From: an uncultured Spirochaetota bacterium | Lineage (GTDB): Bacteria; Spirochaetota; Brevinematia; Brevinematales; JAOACQ01 | Assembly: GCA_963768055.1 (NCBI GenBank) | Contig: CAVYGN010000001.1 | Span: 416,001 to 480,000 of the forward strand | Direction of reading: 5' to 3' | Length of the DNA: 64,000 nt | In this document: piece after piece, positions 48,034 through 58,439 of the stretch | Numbering within the stretch: position 1 is the first letter of the stretch | Layout of the letters: every line of letters begins with the position of its first letter | Program-made: the position numbers and the translations under genes | Notes under the pieces: generated by a model | What the model saw: the letters and a program-made list of their open reading frames with translations, nothing else | Told to the model about the DNA's origin: nothing | The model's database searches: none

Positions 48034-49497
48034 ATGATTGATATTCAAAGAGCGGGCAGGAAGCGCCGTATTGTCCTAGTGCATCCGCGCGGTTCAAACT
48101 GGATCAAGGGCAGCAGGGACGTCGTCGCTTCCGCTAACCGAATGATCCCTTATGGAATCCTCTCTATCGCGGCCTGGCTGGAAAGGGAAGGCTGCGAAGT
48201 ATTCGTCCATGACTGCCTTGGTCCCAAGGCGTCTTTCGATTTCGGAATAAATATTAATGAAATACTTAATCTCAATGCGGATATAATCGGTTTTACTGCC
48301 ACTACATCCTCATTTCCAGATGCGGCAAAAATGGCGGCCGCTCTTAAGCTGGCCGATCCCGGCATTATAACGGTATGCGGCGGAGTTCATTGTTCCTCGC
48401 TTGGCGCGACCCTTTTAAAAGATTACCCCGCCTTCGATTTCCTCGTAATGGGAGAGGGGGAAATTACATTAGCTGAACTGGCCCTTGGCTGCGGTCCCGG
48501 CGATGTGAAAGGGATAGTCTGGCGCAACGGCAGAGAGATCGTAGAGAACAAACCCCGCCCGATGATTGACGACCTGGACATTCTGCCTTTCCCGTCATAT
48601 GAAAAACTGAAAGGATTTCCCGGGGGCTACAACCTGCCGCTCTTCAGCTACGCAAAAATTCCCTGCTCGTCAATGGTAACCAGCCGGGGATGCTTGTTTG
48701 CATGCTCCTACTGCGATCGTTCGGTTTTCAAAAAGGGATTCCGCTATAATTCGGCCGGATACATATATGATCATTTAAAATATCTTAATAAAAGGTTCGG
48801 TGTCCGACATGTCAACATTTATGACGATCTCTTCACTACCGATGAGAAACGCATCGTCGAGCTTTGCGAAATGCTGGTCAATAAACCCATCGATATGCAG
48901 TTTAATTGCGCGGTACGCGCCGGATTCGCTCCCGATAAGCTTCTAAGGATGCTTAAAGAAGCCGGCTGTCTTATGGTATCGCTCGGGATCGAATCTGCGG
49001 ACCCTGATATGTTGAACAAACACAAGGCGGGTGTAACAGTGGAAACGATCAGGGATACGGTTGCCCGAATACAGGCGGCCGGCTTGCGGGCAAAAGGCCT
49101 CTTTATGATGGGCCTTCCGGGAGAAACCGAGGAATCGATCCGGCGGACAAGCGACTTTGTCATTTCACTCGGTCTCGATGATATGAATATGGCCAAGTTT
49201 ACCCCCTTTCCCGGTGCGCCATTATGGAAGACTATCCGGGAAGAAGGGTCATTCGAGGAAGACTGGGAACAGATGAACTGCCTCAATTTCGTATTTATTC
49301 CGAAGAGCATAAGCTCAAAGGAACGTCTCGACCAGCTTTATAATGAGCATATCAAACGGTTTTATACCAGTAAAGACTGGCTCCGCAAATTCAGGAAACG
49401 CATCTGGCATCATAGGCATTCTATCTGGCATATTATCAAAAACCTGCCTGATTTTTTAGTAGCCAAGCAGCAATTCGAACCCAAAACGGTAAAATAG
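48034..49497 (+). CDS. B12-binding radical SAM protein
   Basis: GGVH cobalamin-binding domain, SRGCLFACSYC, GIES and GLPGET motifs. Confidence 0.9.
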   Translation: MIDIQRAGRKRRIVLVHPRGSNWIKGSRDVVASANRMIPYGILSIAAWLEREGCEVFVHDCLGPKASFDFGININEILNLNADIIGFTATTSSFPDAAKMAAALKLADPGIITVCGGVHCSSLGATLLKDYPAFDFLVMGEGEITLAELALGCGPGDVKGIVWRNGREIVENKPRPMIDDLDILPFPSYEKLKGFPGGYNLPLFSYAKIPCSSMVTSRGCLFACSYCDRSVFKKGFRYNSAGYIYDHLKYLNKRFGVRHVNIYDDLFTTDEKRIVELCEMLVNKPIDMQFNCAVRAGFAPDKLLRMLKEAGCLMVSLGIESADPDMLNKHKAGVTVETIRDTVARIQAAGLRAKGLFMMGLPGETEESIRRTSDFVISLGLDDMNMAKFTPFPGAPLWKTIREEGSFEEDWEQMNCLNFVFIPKSISSKERLDQLYNEHIKRFYTSKDWLRKFRKRIWHHRHSIWHIIKNLPDFLVAKQQFEPKTVK

Positions 49498-49514
49498 AAC
49501 TTTAGGAGGCAGCA

Positions 49515-50363
49515 ATGGATTCAAGGGAAGCAGGCATATTATTATTTTCGATCATGATTGTTCTTATGACGTCATTTCCAGCCGGATTAACTGCCCTCCT
49601 TCCAAACCTGCCTCCTATGGAGCTTCTTACAAATGTGGAAATTCCGGATAAAGAACATCTCGTTGTCGGGCAATATACCGGCAAACAGAAAACAGGCGAG
49701 ATTCATACAGTGACTACATATATATCGAAAAATATCATTAAGGTTTATACTTTCCAGTGGATCTATAATAATAAGGACCTGCCTCTGCCGGCTCATTATA
49801 CGAATTACGATTATATTTTTACTATCGATTTAAGCACAGGCCAGATGCTTAAATATTATCATGACGATACGGATTATTTTGTCAAAAGAAATAAAAACAA
49901 AGGGGCATATTTTGAGGACTATAGTTTTACAAATCATACGATGACTTCGATCATGAAATTTTGGGACGGAGACGATATAATAGAAAAAAAATTCGAATTC
50001 AAAGATATAGATACGAATTACCCTTTCTGGCATTATATGCCGTTTTTTTTGATCGGGGCAAGAATCTATAATTGGTATAAACCCGGCTTGATAAACATAT
50101 GGCAGGAATACGTAAAAGATCCCTTTTTAGCGGATTTTAAAATTACCGGGGAAGAAATAATAATCGATACCCCTCTCGGAAAGATAAAAACTACCGAAGT
50201 TGTCCCGGTTATTCATGATCCGGTTCTTGCCGGCATTTTAAAACAAGCTACAGATTCTATGAAATTCTGGTATGAAAAAGGGCCGAAAAGAAGATGGATA
50301 AAAATGCACCTTGACGTTGGGGACCAGTCATGGCTGCTGGAAAAATACGATATCTGGAAGTAA
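49515..50363 (+). CDS. Hypothetical exported protein
   Basis: AGGAGG RBS and N-terminal hydrophobic segment. Beta-rich composition. Confidence 0.6.
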   Translation: MDSREAGILLFSIMIVLMTSFPAGLTALLPNLPPMELLTNVEIPDKEHLVVGQYTGKQKTGEIHTVTTYISKNIIKVYTFQWIYNNKDLPLPAHYTNYDYIFTIDLSTGQMLKYYHDDTDYFVKRNKNKGAYFEDYSFTNHTMTSIMKFWDGDDIIEKKFEFKDIDTNYPFWHYMPFFLIGARIYNWYKPGLINIWQEYVKDPFLADFKITGEEIIIDTPLGKIKTTEVVPVIHDPVLAGILKQATDSMKFWYEKGPKRRWIKMHLDVGDQSWLLEKYDIWK

Positions 50364-50375
50364 GTTGGGGGGTTA

Positions 50376-51515
50376 ATGGCCGCAAACTTACCGAATATAG
50401 GGTTCATTGGATTTTACTTGCTGCTGGCCCTCGCTTCCGTTTCAAGTTATGCCGATGACGGGGAAAACCTTCCACTTGACCTTCCGAGAACCCCTGTAAG
50501 TTCGATCAACGGATATTATTTCCCATCGCTAAACTCTTCTTCGCCATATCAATTCTTCGATAATTTCGGTTTTTCAGGATATATAGAGAATATTTTCGTT
50601 ACGGGGCCTAACCTGAATTTCGGTTACGGTTTTCAGCACTTTATCCAGAACAATACCGTAATATCCAACGGCACGCTTGTTTTGAACAATCCTGATTACG
50701 CATGGCAAAGCCAGGATTTATTAGATGTCAATGCCAATTACTCTTTCCTGTATTTCTGCCAGCTCAATGCGGATGTAAACTATGCTATGAACAGGCTGAT
50801 AAATCAGAGCGATATTTACAATTTATATAATTACAATAAGTTAAACTTTAACCTGAGTTTTATATATGACAGGAGATATTCTTCTCTGCAGCAGTGGACC
50901 CTGGGGGAGGTATTTATCTACCCGGAAGAGGGATATCTTTTATCCCTTGGCGACAGCTACAGCATTTTCAGCAATGCGGGAGGGAATTTACAGGACTCTC
51001 TTAATTCGGTCTTCGGCAAGGGAGAACTTTTAATACACCCTTTCAAGATACTGGTCATAGCCATGGATTTATCCGGGCAATCACTATTGCAGCATAATCC
51101 ATACTGGGCCTTCTCTCCCGAGACTAACGTAATAGGGTCCTATAATATGCCCGGCGATTATTTTGTCAATGGAAGCCTTGAAATGAGATTTTTATTTCCG
51201 GGAGGGATGTTTTGGGACACACCCTCCTTTTGGTATTTCAGCAGTTATAATGTTAAATTTTCTCCCGGCATACTCATAGGATATAATGCCGCTTATATCG
51301 GATATTTCAACTATGGTTCACAGCCGGGTTCGGGAAATTTCATTAACTCGGTTTACATTTCCCCAATGCTTGCGATTAGAATAGAAGGATCTTTATTAAC
51401 TGTTTTACGGTTCGATATTGCCGCTGCAAACGGCCCGAACTTAAACTATATATTGAGTTTAAATATAGGCTCCATTGGTTCCGCTCCGGCCAATATATGG
51501 AGAAAGGGATATTAG
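50376..51515 (+). CDS. Hypothetical exported protein, possible outer-membrane beta-barrel
   Basis: Signal peptide (SSYA/DD). Asn/Tyr/Phe-rich alternating strands. Confidence 0.55.
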   Translation: MAANLPNIGFIGFYLLLALASVSSYADDGENLPLDLPRTPVSSINGYYFPSLNSSSPYQFFDNFGFSGYIENIFVTGPNLNFGYGFQHFIQNNTVISNGTLVLNNPDYAWQSQDLLDVNANYSFLYFCQLNADVNYAMNRLINQSDIYNLYNYNKLNFNLSFIYDRRYSSLQQWTLGEVFIYPEEGYLLSLGDSYSIFSNAGGNLQDSLNSVFGKGELLIHPFKILVIAMDLSGQSLLQHNPYWAFSPETNVIGSYNMPGDYFVNGSLEMRFLFPGGMFWDTPSFWYFSSYNVKFSPGILIGYNAAYIGYFNYGSQPGSGNFINSVYISPMLAIRIEGSLLTVLRFDIAAANGPNLNYILSLNIGSIGSAPANIWRKGY

Positions 51516-51542
51516 GGCTATGATCTTCATCCGAGGGGGCAT

Positions 51543-52451
51543 ATGAAATTTTTCAATAAAACCGGAATTATAATACTTATACTTGAAACTCTTTCATTTT
51601 CCGCCGGCATGGCTTATAACGGCACCGATCTGTCGAAAGAACAGTCTCTTCTGATGGCTTTTCAGAACCAGCTTATTAAGGATACTATCTGCAGTTACCT
51701 CAATATGAAAAAAGCCGAACCTGTTTTAGGAGTTCCCGGGCAGATAACTTTATCGGCGGACCTGTCCTATTGTGACGCCGTTGCCCCGCTATTTTATTAT
51801 AATATCGATAACTCGAAATACCCCTTATTCGGACCCATTGACAATATTTTCGGCAGCGGTGAGGACATACAGACAATTAACCTTTCCCTTGCCGCGTCAT
51901 TTCCTTCAGACCTGCTTGGAACTATAGATGTTTCCTGGCTCCCAACCGCGTATTATGAAAATGCAAGCGAGAACAATTTCAAGATCGGCGCCAACCTCTA
52001 TTATCACCTTCTTAAAGACGCCCTTTTTGTTACAGGCCTTTATGCCGGTGCGGGATACAGTTATACTTACGGATCGATCGACAGGCAGATGAATCCATCG
52101 GCAATAATCGGCGGAACGGATGTTACATTTAACGGTAATTTCAATTCTGATTGGAATTACAACGGGATAAACCTTGAGTTATTCGCAAATAATCAGCTGT
52201 TTATTATTAATTTTTACGGAAGACTGGATTATTATTGTTTATTCGGCCGGACAGAGTCCGGATTTACAGGAAGCAGTTCGGTAAATCAGAATGCCGGTAA
52301 CTCCCTGACAGATAATTCAATAATCCAGGGCCTCGTAATTTCCGCCGGGATGGAAATAGGCATAGGTTTGCTCAAGCTGAATGTAGAAGCCGGCAAGGAC
52401 CTGCTTTCACCGGGGATGTATGCAGATGCGGGCATAAGGTTCGGATTTTGA
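51543..52451 (+). CDS. Hypothetical outer-membrane beta-barrel protein
   Basis: Signal peptide. Amphipathic strands. C-terminal YADAGIRFGF. Confidence 0.6.
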   Translation: MKFFNKTGIIILILETLSFSAGMAYNGTDLSKEQSLLMAFQNQLIKDTICSYLNMKKAEPVLGVPGQITLSADLSYCDAVAPLFYYNIDNSKYPLFGPIDNIFGSGEDIQTINLSLAASFPSDLLGTIDVSWLPTAYYENASENNFKIGANLYYHLLKDALFVTGLYAGAGYSYTYGSIDRQMNPSAIIGGTDVTFNGNFNSDWNYNGINLELFANNQLFIINFYGRLDYYCLFGRTESGFTGSSSVNQNAGNSLTDNSIIQGLVISAGMEIGIGLLKLNVEAGKDLLSPGMYADAGIRFGF

Positions 52452-52513
52452 CCCAGCCGGCGCATGAATTTTTGCGTTATTACTGTCCCTGTTGTATAAT
52501 AATAAACAATACG

Positions 52514-52550
52514 GAACCACAGATTAAGCCCTGAAGGGGTACACAGATGG
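52514..52550. repeat. AACCACAGAT-family left arm (copy C)
   Basis: GAACCACAGATTAAGCCCTGAAGGGGTACACAGATGG is a near reverse complement of the copy A right arm. Confidence 0.75.
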
Positions 52551-52646
52551 AAAGGACAATAAGTTAGAATTGTCTATGAACTGATATATTCTGTTGATAA
52601 TTTTTCCTAATCTTTGCGTTCTTAACATTTCTTTATAAGGGGTTTT

Positions 52647-52752
52647 ACCGCAAAGGACGGAAAGAGGCAGCAAAGGACGCAAAGAGGATCAAAAATTTAT
52701 AATAATATTTCTGAGGTCCTTTCCTTCTTTGCGGCCTTGGCGTCTTTGCGGT
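52647..52752. repeat. ACCGCAAAG...CTTTGCGGT palindromic element with iterated GCAAAG units
   Basis: Terminal 9-bp IR and repeated GCAAAG/CTTTGC subunits. Confidence 0.7.
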
Positions 52753-52767
52753 GAGGTTATCAAGTCT

Positions 52768-53403
52768 ATGAATAATAAGGTCAGGGATTTTTATAATAGA
52801 AACGCGGCTGTTTATGATAATGAACAGGACAGATTCGGTTTTATCAGAGCGCCGGAATGGGAAATTGCAATAAGCGCTATAAAAAAGATCGCCGGGAAAA
52901 ATCATTCTTTATTGGAGATCGGGGCTGGAACCGGCAGATTTACCCTGGAGGCCGCTCCGTTGGTAAGGCAGGCAACTGTTGTAGATATTTCCGAAAATAT
53001 GCTTGATATTATGTCGAAAAAAGCAAACAAAATGGGAATAAACAATATAAAACAAATAAACGGCAACTTTATGGAAATAAATTTTAATGAACAGTTCGAT
53101 ATCATAACCGGTTTTTCGGCAATAGAGTATATAAATGATGCAAATGCACTATTCGCCAAAATTTCAGGGCTTCTCGCTCCTGGAGGGCATCTTATTTTAA
53201 CGACCCCCCATGATACCTTTTTACGATCATGGGGAATATGGGGTAATTATTTCAGGCAGGGAATTTTTATGAACGCATTCAGCAAAAAGGAAATGGAAAC
53301 GCTTCTTACAGGCAATGGTTTTGTGGTTAAAGATATAAAAGATTTATGTTTTAAAAACCTGTTTGTCAAGGGTATTCTATTATTTGTCTATGCCACGAAG
53401 TAA
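52768..53403 (+). CDS. Class I SAM-dependent methyltransferase
   Basis: LLEIGAGTG, VDISENM and LAPGG motifs. Confidence 0.88.
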   Translation: MNNKVRDFYNRNAAVYDNEQDRFGFIRAPEWEIAISAIKKIAGKNHSLLEIGAGTGRFTLEAAPLVRQATVVDISENMLDIMSKKANKMGINNIKQINGNFMEINFNEQFDIITGFSAIEYINDANALFAKISGLLAPGGHLILTTPHDTFLRSWGIWGNYFRQGIFMNAFSKKEMETLLTGNGFVVKDIKDLCFKNLFVKGILLFVYATK

Positions 53404-53734
53404 ATTTTCAGATTGGGTAAACCTGGAATCCGGGAAAAAGATTGAAAAATTTAACGCCCTGCCCGCCAGGACGCGGATAGGGATTATAATGCTCGTTTCT
53501 TCTTTTATTATAGGCTATGGGGTTCCGGTTTTTATTCTGATAATTTCAGGGATCAATAAAAAACTATTAGCAGGCTTCATAAGCGGTTCCATTGTTTATA
53601 TTTTCAGCTGGATTCTTGGAGCTATTGGGCTCGCCATGGCAGGAAAAGATTGCATAAAATATCCGGTGATCTTATTTGCGAAATTTGTTAAAAAGCTGTT
53701 CCCGGATTATTTTAGAAAAAGGAGCGGGAGTTGA
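53390..53734 (+). CDS. Hypothetical membrane protein (2 TM)
   Basis: Overlaps both neighbours. Two hydrophobic helices. Confidence 0.6.
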   Translation: MPRSKFSDWVNLESGKKIEKFNALPARTRIGIIMLVSSFIIGYGVPVFILIISGINKKLLAGFISGSIVYIFSWILGAIGLAMAGKDCIKYPVILFAKFVKKLFPDYFRKRSGS

Positions 53735-54528
53735 TTTCTAAATTTTATCTTTCTTCGATAGCGTTCATCTGCGGAATATTAGTTATAATTCTCATATATT
53801 TATTCTATTTTCCATCCGTTTATTTATTGTTAGGGATAGTACTTATTGTATTCATGCAGCAGGTTCTTTATATTTACGGCATGTTCTCGACAAGGTCGAA
53901 TTTTTTCTTTAAAACAATAAAAGGGAAGGAATATTTTCATAACAGGCGCTCTATTTTATTTAGATTCGACGACGGCCCGGATCCGGTGTACACCCCTAAA
54001 ATTCTTGATATTTTAAAATCAGAGGGAATCCAGGCCCTTTTTGCCGTTATGGGTCGTCATGCGGAACTATACCCGGAAATTATCGAAAGGATGCATGGAG
54101 AAAATCATATAATCTGCAACCATACATATTCACATCCTTATAATATCCTGTTATTGGGCTATAAAAGGATCCTCGAAGAAATAGCCTTTACGAATACCAT
54201 CATTCAAGGAATTACAGGCATAAAACCGAAATATTTTTGCCCGCCGCTCGGCCATAAAAACCCTGTTATAGGCATTGCAATAAAAAAGCTTGATCTAATT
54301 CCTGTTATGTGGGATATCAGAACGGTTGATACGCATGTCAGTTCCGAAAAAATATTAAATAAAATAAAGAGAAAATTAAAACCCCCTTCAATAATAATGT
54401 TTCATGACGGAATATTGCCATGGAGCAGAAAGGACAGGGAATATACTGTTCAAGCTTTGAAGGAAACTATTCGGTTTCTGAAAGGAGAAGGGTTTGAAAT
54501 CAATGCGTATAACGGCGGGAATCGTTAA
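53731..54528 (+). CDS. Polysaccharide deacetylase (NodB/CE4), membrane anchored
   Basis: FDDGP, NHTYSH, PPLG and MFHD motifs. Confidence 0.9.
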   Translation: MISKFYLSSIAFICGILVIILIYLFYFPSVYLLLGIVLIVFMQQVLYIYGMFSTRSNFFFKTIKGKEYFHNRRSILFRFDDGPDPVYTPKILDILKSEGIQALFAVMGRHAELYPEIIERMHGENHIICNHTYSHPYNILLLGYKRILEEIAFTNTIIQGITGIKPKYFCPPLGHKNPVIGIAIKKLDLIPVMWDIRTVDTHVSSEKILNKIKRKLKPPSIIMFHDGILPWSRKDREYTVQALKETIRFLKGEGFEINAYNGGNR

Positions 54529-55252
54529 GAAAATTCTTTTAAACCTGTATTACTGGCCGATGTTTATATTTGTTACTCTTGCCGGCTTCATTATTCTTCC
54601 CTTGATTCTTCTGGCAATTATCGTTTTCTCAGGCCGTACGATCGATTATTCGGTCAGGTGGGCGATCTCCATTTACGGGTGGACGCTTGTCAGGATCGTG
54701 CCTTTTTTTGCCCCGGTAAGGGTTTTATACAGCGCCGGAAAACTTCCCAAGCCTTCCATTTTGATAGCCAATCATACTTCCGCGATAGATCCGTATTTGT
54801 TCGGGGCCCTTTTAATAAATGCCTGTTTTGTTACGTCATGGCCGTTTAAAATCCCATTTTACGGCCCTTTTATGCGGCTCGCCGGGTATATCGGGGCTAA
54901 AGACGGATGGGACCGGATCAGCAGGAGGGGAGCGGAATTTCTTAATTCGGGCATTTCATTGATTTTATGGCCTGAAGGCCACCGTTCCCGCGACGGCAGA
55001 CTGGGCCGTTTTAAAAAAGGCGCTTTTGCAATTGCCATGGAAACAGGAAGACCTGTTGTGCCGGTCTGCATTATCGGAGCCGGTAATTTTATGGCGCCGG
55101 GCAAGAGGAGTTTTACCCCAAGCCGGATAAAAATGATCCTTCTGGACCCGATATATCCGGACAGGCATGGCGACCCTCAGCGGGAAATAATTTCAATGCG
55201 CGATAAAGCCCGGCTGGCTATTCAAAATACACTTAAGGAAAATTGTATATGA
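54494..55252 (+). CDS. Lysophospholipid acyltransferase (PlsC family)
   Basis: NHTSAID, PEGHRS and FKKGAF motifs. Confidence 0.9.
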   Translation: MKSMRITAGIVKKILLNLYYWPMFIFVTLAGFIILPLILLAIIVFSGRTIDYSVRWAISIYGWTLVRIVPFFAPVRVLYSAGKLPKPSILIANHTSAIDPYLFGALLINACFVTSWPFKIPFYGPFMRLAGYIGAKDGWDRISRRGAEFLNSGISLILWPEGHRSRDGRLGRFKKGAFAIAMETGRPVVPVCIIGAGNFMAPGKRSFTPSRIKMILLDPIYPDRHGDPQREIISMRDKARLAIQNTLKENCI

Positions 55253-55998
55253 AGCCTTTCTTTTTGGCTGTGTTATTCCCGGCTTTCCTGCTCCTGTTAT
55301 CCTGTTTTTCTACCAAATACCTCCCCTCCAGGACTTATCTTCTATCGCCTTCAAAAACCCGGGATAACCTCCTTGTATTTCTTCCTGGCCGCGGCAGCGA
55401 TATGAATGATTTTAAAAAGTACGGACTTCTCGAAACAATAAAGTCCGGCGGCCTTCCTGTCGACTGCATCTCGGCCGATGCCAACATATTCTATTATATG
55501 GATAGATCACTTTCGACGCGTCTCGATGCCGATGTTTTCAGCAAAGCAGAGCTTTCAAACTATAAAAATTATTGGTTTATCGGTAACTCAATGGGCGCTC
55601 TCGGGGCTTTTCTTTACGTTCAAAAGCATCCGGGCAAGATAAAAGGGATTATTCTGCTCGGCCCGTTCCTGGGCGAAGGGCAGGTTCCCGATGAAATAGA
55701 AAGGTCAGGTGGCCTGCTCAGGTGGGAATCGAAAGTCCCGGCGGGATCGGATTATATCCGGGATATCTGGGTTTATCTCAAAAACTGCATTCAGGATACC
55801 GAAGGGAAATACCCCAGGATCGTTTTTATTGCAGGTAAAAATGACCGGTATCATAAAATACAGGATCTCGCGGCCCAGGCTCTTCCGGCTGATATGGTTT
55901 TCTGGTCGCAGGGGGACCACGACTGGGATGCCTGGATTCCGGCATTTTCAGACTTTATAAAATCCGATACTGCAAAAAGGCTTTTCATTTCAAAGTGA
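55249..55998 (+). CDS. Alpha/beta hydrolase lipoprotein (esterase-like)
   Basis: Lipobox LLSC, LPGRG, GNSMG and GDHDW motifs. Confidence 0.82.
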   Translation: MKPFFLAVLFPAFLLLLSCFSTKYLPSRTYLLSPSKTRDNLLVFLPGRGSDMNDFKKYGLLETIKSGGLPVDCISADANIFYYMDRSLSTRLDADVFSKAELSNYKNYWFIGNSMGALGAFLYVQKHPGKIKGIILLGPFLGEGQVPDEIERSGGLLRWESKVPAGSDYIRDIWVYLKNCIQDTEGKYPRIVFIAGKNDRYHKIQDLAAQALPADMVFWSQGDHDWDAWIPAFSDFIKSDTAKRLFISK

Positions 55999-56093
55999 AC
56001 AGGGCCGACCAGATCAATATGCAGATCTGTTATGAAGTTAATTTTTTTTGCACATTATTCGACGGCTTGTACCGCTAAGGCTCAAAACGGCAA

Positions 56094-56135
56094 TGTCATT
56101 TCGAGGAGCCCTGGCAGGGCGACGAGAAATCTTCC
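56094..56135. repeat. Left arm of the TGTCATTTCG repeat, part of a ~130-bp block duplicated at 57656
   Basis: TGTCATTTCGAGGAGCCCTGGCAGGGCGACGAGAAATCTTCC. A near-identical copy precedes the third paralog. Confidence 0.75.
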
Positions 56136-56248
56136 CTGTTTTGAATTCGGTGGGGAAAGACAGGTGCATCTTTGTCAAATATTTTGCGAGATTTTCAGCC
56201 GGCTGTTAAAATGAAAATAAAAATGAAAAAATTTTGAGAGGCATTGAA

Positions 56249-56878
56249 ATGAAAAAAATTCTTTGTTTTATTGTATTTTCAAGTTTCATATTGCCGCTAT
56301 CGGTAATCGCTGACGATGTATCATCAAGAACGAACGATTACTTTCAAAAAACCCAGTCCATGATCAATTCCCATGTTTTCCTGCAGGAAGGCGGTGCGGA
56401 AAAGATGCAGGAATACTCCACTAACCTGGATTTTCAGTCAAGGCAGTCCTTATATGAAGATAATAAAAAGCGCCGTGCGTTTGCCTGGTTCAGCATGGCG
56501 GCTCCTTCTGTGGGCAACTGGATTGTCGGCGACAGTGTTGGGGGAGTAATAAATATTGTCGGCTCCGCTGCCGGTTTAACTGCTTATATTGTAGGGGATA
56601 CTATACTAAACATCGGAGCGATTAATAACAACAACCAAACCGCCCTAGACGGTGCTATTGTTATGATAGCCGGTCTAGTGACTTACTTCGGCTTTAATGT
56701 TTACGGCACTATAAGCGCTTTTTCCTACGCCGATTACTACAATGATAATCTTAAAGCCTGCCTGGGCATCTCCTATAACGATTCCTTCAAGCCTGTTAAC
56801 TTAACGGCCTTGGATAACATGAATAACATCAAAGCGCAGGAACTTTTTTATATTACTCTTGTGTCGTACAGTTTCTAA
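56249..56878 (+). CDS. Borrelia P13-like membrane protein, paralog 1
   Basis: Signal peptide. LYEDNKK...GNWIVGD..GG...YADYYNDNLK..LG...SYSF resembles P13. Confidence 0.6.
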   Translation: MKKILCFIVFSSFILPLSVIADDVSSRTNDYFQKTQSMINSHVFLQEGGAEKMQEYSTNLDFQSRQSLYEDNKKRRAFAWFSMAAPSVGNWIVGDSVGGVINIVGSAAGLTAYIVGDTILNIGAINNNNQTALDGAIVMIAGLVTYFGFNVYGTISAFSYADYYNDNLKACLGISYNDSFKPVNLTALDNMNNIKAQELFYITLVSYSF

Positions 56879-56900
56879 TAGTGGTGTAAGGAGGGCTTAA

Positions 56901-57494
56901 ATGAAAAGAATCCTTTACATGCTTATTTTTTTCTGCGTTATCGGGCCTGTGTCAGCTATTGCTGACGTCAAAAATATTCCGACACTGGATGAATCCATGA
57001 CCCAGACAAAAGCCATGATCAAATCGGAAAGTTTCATGAGAACAGGAGGCGTGGATGAAATGCTGGAATTTTCAACGAACCTGAACGAAGATATCAGAAA
57101 CCATCTGTTCAATGAGAACAGAAAGATCCGCGGATTAGCCTGGTGGGATTTTGCAGTGCCATCCTTGGGCAACTGGATTGTCGGCGACGCTACAGGAGGG
57201 GTTATAAACCTTATCGGTTCAGGTGCGGGTTTTATTGTTTTTATTGAGGGAGATATCCGGGCTAACAGCGCCCGAACTATTCAAGCTGCAGGGGATGATG
57301 TTATAATCATGATAATTGGCCTAATTGGTATATATGCCTTTGACGGCATCGGCACTTTCATAGGCTTGCATTACGCCGACCGGTACAATGAAAACCTCAA
57401 ATCCGGACTTGGAATAACATTTGATAACTCCGAAAATATGAATAATCGATGGGGAGACCTTTTTCATGTGGACCTTGTGTCATATAGCTTTTAA
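56901..57494 (+). CDS. Borrelia P13-like membrane protein, paralog 2
   Basis: Same motifs (PSLGNWIVGD, YADRYNENLK, VSYSF). Confidence 0.6.
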   Translation: MKRILYMLIFFCVIGPVSAIADVKNIPTLDESMTQTKAMIKSESFMRTGGVDEMLEFSTNLNEDIRNHLFNENRKIRGLAWWDFAVPSLGNWIVGDATGGVINLIGSGAGFIVFIEGDIRANSARTIQAAGDDVIIMIIGLIGIYAFDGIGTFIGLHYADRYNENLKSGLGITFDNSENMNNRWGDLFHVDLVSYSF

Positions 57495-57807
57495 AGCAAT
57501 CCCTTGATAGGGGCCGTTCAAACAATATCTTACGGATAAATTCAATTTTTATCGAACAGGCGCTCTTCATAAATGCGCATAAAAAAATTAACTTCATATA
57601 GAATTTCATATTGTCTTTAATTCGGAAGAATAGGATGTTATTTTCAAAATGGCAATGTCATTTCGATGAGCCCTGGCAGGGCGACGAGAAATCTTCCCTT
57701 TTTTAAATCCGGCGGGGAAAGATATGTGCCTTTGTCAAATATTTTGCGAGATTTTCAGCCGGCTTTTACAATTAAAATTAAATAAAGGTTTTTTATGGAG
57801 GATGGAA

Positions 57808-58431
57808 ATGATAAAAATTCTTTGTTTTATGGTTTTTTTTAGTTTCATTCTGCCGTTAAAAGTAATTGCTGATGACTTATCCTTCAGAACGAATGATTAT
57901 TTCCAGAAAACCCAATCGATGATCGATTCCCATGTTTTCCTGCAGGAAGGCGGTGCGGAAAAGATGCAGGAATACTCCACTAACTTGAACGAAGGGTCGA
58001 GAAAGTTATTATATGACGATAACGCCAAGCACCGTGCGCTCGGGTGGTTAAACCTGGCTTTACCTTCATTAGGCAACTGGCTCGTCGGCGACTATAATGG
58101 CGGAACTATTACCGTTATAGGTTATGCGGGAGGAGAGACTCTTTATTTAGGGGGATATATTTTGTTTATAAGCGCTTTTGAACAACAAAATATAGATACT
58201 TTTTTTTACACAGGTATTTCTCTAATGGCAGCCGGTATTATTATTTCAATTGCTTCAGAAATTTACGGTACTGTAAGCGCCTTATCTTATGCAGATTACT
58301 TTAATGATAACCTTAAAGCCGGCCTGGGAATCTCCTATAACGATTCCTTTAAGCCAGTTGATATAACTGCTTCGGTTGATATGAATAACCGGGAACTTTT
58401 TTTCGTGAACCTGGTATCGTATAGCTTTTAG
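57808..58431 (+). CDS. Borrelia P13-like membrane protein, paralog 3
   Basis: N-terminus nearly identical to paralog 1. GGAGG before ATG 57808. Confidence 0.6.
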   Translation: MIKILCFMVFFSFILPLKVIADDLSFRTNDYFQKTQSMIDSHVFLQEGGAEKMQEYSTNLNEGSRKLLYDDNAKHRALGWLNLALPSLGNWLVGDYNGGTITVIGYAGGETLYLGGYILFISAFEQQNIDTFFYTGISLMAAGIIISIASEIYGTVSALSYADYFNDNLKAGLGISYNDSFKPVDITASVDMNNRELFFVNLVSYSF

Positions 58432-58439
58432 GCTGTCAG

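Noticed and set aside
56032..57807. ORF 56032-56214 and the N-terminal extension of ORF 57724 (likewise 28679 and 52729)
   Set aside because: These are translations of repeat or upstream DNA. Downstream ATG starts fit better, with a clear RBS and signal peptide at 57808.
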